DNA of 64,000 nucleotides. Source: an uncultured Flavobacteriales bacterium (lineage in GTDB: Bacteria; Bacteroidota; Bacteroidia; Flavobacteriales_D; CAJJDF01). The notes under the pieces are model-generated. The model worked only from the letters and a program-made list of their open reading frames with translations. It ran no database searches and was not told the DNA's origin. Location of the stretch: NCBI GenBank assembly GCA_905182785.1, contig CAJJDF010000034.1:20953-84952 (forward strand). Direction: 5' to 3'. A program made the translations under genes and the position numbers. Below, piece by piece: positions 60,956 to 64,000 of this stretch. Each line of letters begins with the position of its first letter. Position 1 is the first letter of the stretch.

Positions 60956-62416
60956 TTAATAATATAATAATCTACGAACTCCAGCCACATGTTTTGCAAG
61001 TCTTATCACTTGTTTTGTGTAACCAAACTCATTGTCATACCATACATATAAAACTACGTTTTTCTTGTCTTCCGATACTATTGTAGCATAACTATCAAAT
61101 ACTGAACAACAAGAATTTCCAATGATATCGTTAGAAACTAATTCCTCTTCTATCGAAAATTTAATTTGATTTACTAAGTCACCTTCCATAGCATATTTTT
61201 TCACCATACTATTTACATCTTCAAGATTCACTTCTTTGTTGACACTTAAATTCATAATTGCCAAGGATCCATTAGGGGTTGGTACTCTCACTGCATTTGC
61301 AGTTAATTTTCCTGCCAAACTTGGTATAACTTTAGTTACAGCTTTTCCTGCTCCTGTAGATGTAATTACCATGTTTACAGCTGCAGACCTTCCTCTTCTT
61401 GGTTTTTTGTGGTAGTTATCCAATAAGTTTTGGTCATTGGTATAAGCATGCACAGTTTCAATGTGACCTTTTTCTACTCCGTAATTATCTTCTATTACTT
61501 TAAGAATAGGAGAAATTGCATTTGTAGTACAAGATGCAGCAGAAAAAATATCATAATCTGCAACATCAAACTCTTTTTGGTTAATTCCATACACAATGTT
61601 TGGAATTTCTTTTCCTGGAGCTGTCAATAATACTTTTTTAACTCCTTTCGATTTTAAATGGTTTGATAAAGCTTCTTTATCAGTAAAAACTCCTGTGTTA
61701 TCAATTACTAAAGCATCATTTATTCCATATTGAGTATAATCAATTTCTGAAGGATGACTAGCTTGAATAATATTAATTAACTGTCCGTTAATATTTAAAG
61801 TTTTGTTTTCGTAGTCTTCAATGATTGTTCCAGGAAAAGGGCCATGAACAGAATCCATTCTTAGCAGAGAGGCTCTTTTCTTGATTTGATCTTTCGAGTT
61901 ATTTCTTACAATAATTGCTCTCAATCTCAATTGTTGACCTTTGCCAGCTTGTTTTATAAGTTCTCTAGCAGCAAGTCTTCCAATTCTACCAAAACCATAT
62001 AGTACAACATCTCTTGGTTCAAAAGATTGGTTATCTTCAATTTTGAAAGCTCCTAACTTACTATTTAAGAATTCTGTAATAGAACTAAAATTGTTCTTTT
62101 CATTACTCCATTCAGAGGCTAATTTTCCAATATCAATTTTAGATGGTGCAATATTAATGTTTACTAGCTCTTTGGCAAGTGCCGAAGAGTCTTCGACAGT
62201 AATTTTGTTCCCAGTAACCTCTCCAGTGGATTGATGTAAACTAAGAATTTCCGAAACACTCTGATCTACTAGAGGATTTCGGAAAAGAACTAATTCTATT
62301 GATTTTTCATAAAGTAAGTTCCCTATCGAAGAGATTAAACTAATTGCTGATTTTTCTTTATTTACCCAGTCATTTAATTCCGACTCGTAAAATGCTTTAG
62401 AAGCGATTTGACTCAT
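60956..62416 (-). CDS. gap: Glyceraldehyde-3-phosphate dehydrogenase, long (about 480 aa) form with an N-terminal extension
   Basis: GFGRIGR NAD motif and catalytic ASCTTN, preceded by about 130 extra N-terminal residues. Confidence 0.9.
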   Translation of the reverse strand: MSQIASKAFYESELNDWVNKEKSAISLISSIGNLLYEKSIELVLFRNPLVDQSVSEILSLHQSTGEVTGNKITVEDSSALAKELVNINIAPSKIDIGKLASEWSNEKNNFSSITEFLNSKLGAFKIEDNQSFEPRDVVLYGFGRIGRLAARELIKQAGKGQQLRLRAIIVRNNSKDQIKKRASLLRMDSVHGPFPGTIIEDYENKTLNINGQLINIIQASHPSEIDYTQYGINDALVIDNTGVFTDKEALSNHLKSKGVKKVLLTAPGKEIPNIVYGINQKEFDVADYDIFSAASCTTNAISPILKVIEDNYGVEKGHIETVHAYTNDQNLLDNYHKKPRRGRSAAVNMVITSTGAGKAVTKVIPSLAGKLTANAVRVPTPNGSLAIMNLSVNKEVNLEDVNSMVKKYAMEGDLVNQIKFSIEEELVSNDIIGNSCCSVFDSYATIVSEDKKNVVLYVWYDNEFGYTKQVIRLAKHVAGVRRLLYY

Positions 62417-62451
62417 TCTTTTTTATTTATTATTTATGTATAGCTTTTATG

Positions 62452-63315
62452 TTAACCTAAATAAGTTTTCAATAATTTACTCCTTGATGTCTGTCTTAAT
62501 CTTCTAATTGCTTTCTCTTTAATTTGTCTTACTCTTTCTCTAGTTAAGTCAAATTTAGTTCCAATCTCTTCCAAAGTAAGTCCATGTTTCATTCCTATTC
62601 CAAAAAATAAGATGATTACTTCTCTTTCTCTTTCTGATAAAGTAGATAAAGATCTTTTAATTTCTCTTTGTAATGATTCTATCATTAAATCTGTATCTGC
62701 AGTAGGCGAATCAGAATTAATTAATACATCTAATAGCGAATTATCTTCTCCTTCTTGGAAAGGCGCATCCACAGACACGTGTCTTCCTCCTACTCTAAGT
62801 GTATCAGCAACTTTAGAATTTGTTACTTCCAATTCATCTGCCAATTCATGTTCACTTGGAGCTCTTTCATATTGTTGCTCAAGTCTAGAAAATGTTTTAT
62901 TCAGTTTATTCAATGAACCAACTTGATTCAAAGGCAATCTTACAATTCTACTTTGTTCTGCTAAAGCTTGCAAGATAGACTGTCGAATCCACCATACGGC
63001 ATAAGAAATAAATTTAAATCCTCTTGTTTCATCAAATCTTTGTGCTGCCTTTATCAAACCTAAATTACCTTCATTAATTAAATCAGGTAAAGTCAACCCT
63101 TGGTTTTGGTATTGTTTCGCTACCGAAATAACAAACCTTAAGTTAGATTTAATTAATTTTTCCAAAGCCACTTGGTCTCCTTCCTTTATTCTTTGTGCTA
63201 ATAGCACCTCCTCTTCTGCTGTAATAAGTGTCTCTTTACTTATTTCCTGTAGGTACTTGTCAAGTGATTGACTCTCCCTGTTGGTGATGGATTTGGTAAT
63301 TTTTAGTTGTCTCAT
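62452..63315 (-). CDS. rpoD: Primary RNA polymerase sigma factor (Bacteroidota sigma-A, short form)
   Basis: Regions 1.2 to 4 are present: [23 protein letters not shown], and [23 protein letters not shown]. The 287-aa length is typical of Bacteroidota. Confidence 0.95.
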   Translation of the reverse strand: MRQLKITKSITNRESQSLDKYLQEISKETLITAEEEVLLAQRIKEGDQVALEKLIKSNLRFVISVAKQYQNQGLTLPDLINEGNLGLIKAAQRFDETRGFKFISYAVWWIRQSILQALAEQSRIVRLPLNQVGSLNKLNKTFSRLEQQYERAPSEHELADELEVTNSKVADTLRVGGRHVSVDAPFQEGEDNSLLDVLINSDSPTADTDLMIESLQREIKRSLSTLSEREREVIILFFGIGMKHGLTLEEIGTKFDLTRERVRQIKEKAIRRLRQTSRSKLLKTYLG

Positions 63316-63645
63316 GTATTGGATTTAGGTATTATTTTAATGCGAAAATAGGTTGTTTAATTCCTTTTATTAACCCCTTTTACGAAAGGTACTGAAAATA
63401 GTTACGTTCAGAGGTGTTTTTTTTTAAAAAAAAGGGAATTGTTTTGTAAAATATTAGAAGTCAATTTGTAAAAAGTCAACCTTATTTTATTTGAAGAGAA
63501 ATTAACTAAAATATATAGTAAAAAAAACTCTCTATTTTTATTGTCATTCCTATAAAAAGATTTTTTTGTATTGTATTTGATTCTCAATTTAAGATCACCA
63601 ACTTCCTGCGAATGTCAGTAAAATTAAAGGAAATAAAAATAAGCT

Positions 63646-64000
63646 TTACTTAATATTTAAACTAATCAATTTTTCTCCTTCAAGAAATCCTTCAAGCTTA
63701 TCCCCTATTGATATTGGACCAACTCCGGCAGGAGTTCCTGTATAAATAATGTCACCAATCTTCAATGTCATAAACTGCGAAACATAGGAAATTATTTTAT
63801 CAATCGTAAAAATCATGTCTTTGGAGTTTCCTTTTTGAACTTCTTTCCCGTTTTTATTTAAACTAAAATTTATATCTTGAACAGATTCAAATTTTTCTTT
63901 ATCAAAAAACTGAGTCCCAATTATTGCCGAACCATCAAATCCCTTAGCTTTTTCCCAAGGCAAACCTTTGCTTTTGCACTCTTGTTGTATGTCTCTAGCT
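63646..64000 (-). CDS. Fumarylacetoacetate hydrolase (FAH) family protein, C-terminal part; the 5' end lies outside the window
   Basis: The frame is open to the window edge. KGFDGSA...GDIIYTGTPAGVGPI is the FAH-family C-terminal signature. Confidence 0.85.
   Translation of the reverse strand, partial: ARDIQQECKSKGLPWEKAKGFDGSAIIGTQFFDKEKFESVQDINFSLNKNGKEVQKGNSKDMIFTIDKIISYVSQFMTLKIGDIIYTGTPAGVGPISIGDKLEGFLEGEKLISLNIK

Noticed and set aside
60956-62416. Whether the ~130-aa N-terminal extension of GAPDH is a novel fusion.
   Set aside because: A long (~480 aa) GAPDH form is, to my recollection, an already catalogued family found in several phyla. The catalytic and NAD motifs are intact, so it is treated as ordinary.

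Overview
AT-rich chromosomal segment with the gene content and signals of a Bacteroidota (Flavobacteriia-type) genome: T9SS C-terminal sorting domains, a TonB-dependent receptor, a 287-aa sigma-A, TAnnTTTG -7 boxes, and few Shine-Dalgarno sites. Most of the window is ordinary, tightly packed housekeeping: clpC/B tail, topB, a DEAD-box helicase, dapA, ligA, prmC, dapD, hutH, hisS, accC, trxA, psd, cdsA, ftsH, rsfS, birA, lpdA, arfB, miaE, pdxH, rpmE, gap and rpoD. Three tRNA genes are present: Leu-GAG and two identical Lys-UUU. The most unusual part is 9.5-16.2 kb, a cell-surface accessory stretch. It holds a lectin-domain T9SS protein and a CBM-like T9SS protein. These are followed by a roughly 4-kb cassette carrying a 700-aa DUF3494 (ice-binding family) fusion protein and a secreted partner. 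The cassette is bracketed by two 122-bp direct repeats, each a complete promoter plus tRNA-Lys unit. Other points worth follow-up: an orphan radical SAM enzyme with its Cys-rich twitch/SPASM-like domain at the N-terminus; a cytoplasmic DsbA-like protein coupled to a zinc-ribbon SDR lacking the canonical Tyr; tandem paralogous secreted proteins inside a housekeeping gene array; a GC-rich intergenic element of mutually exclusive GGAGG/CCTCC pairings; a decayed CXXCH (DUF3365-like) gene remnant; a small Lys/Cys-rich secreted protein; and a lipoprotein whose signal peptide has no canonical start codon. No CRISPR array, rRNA, transposase or integrase was recognised. All functional calls rest on motif recognition by eye; no database search was run.
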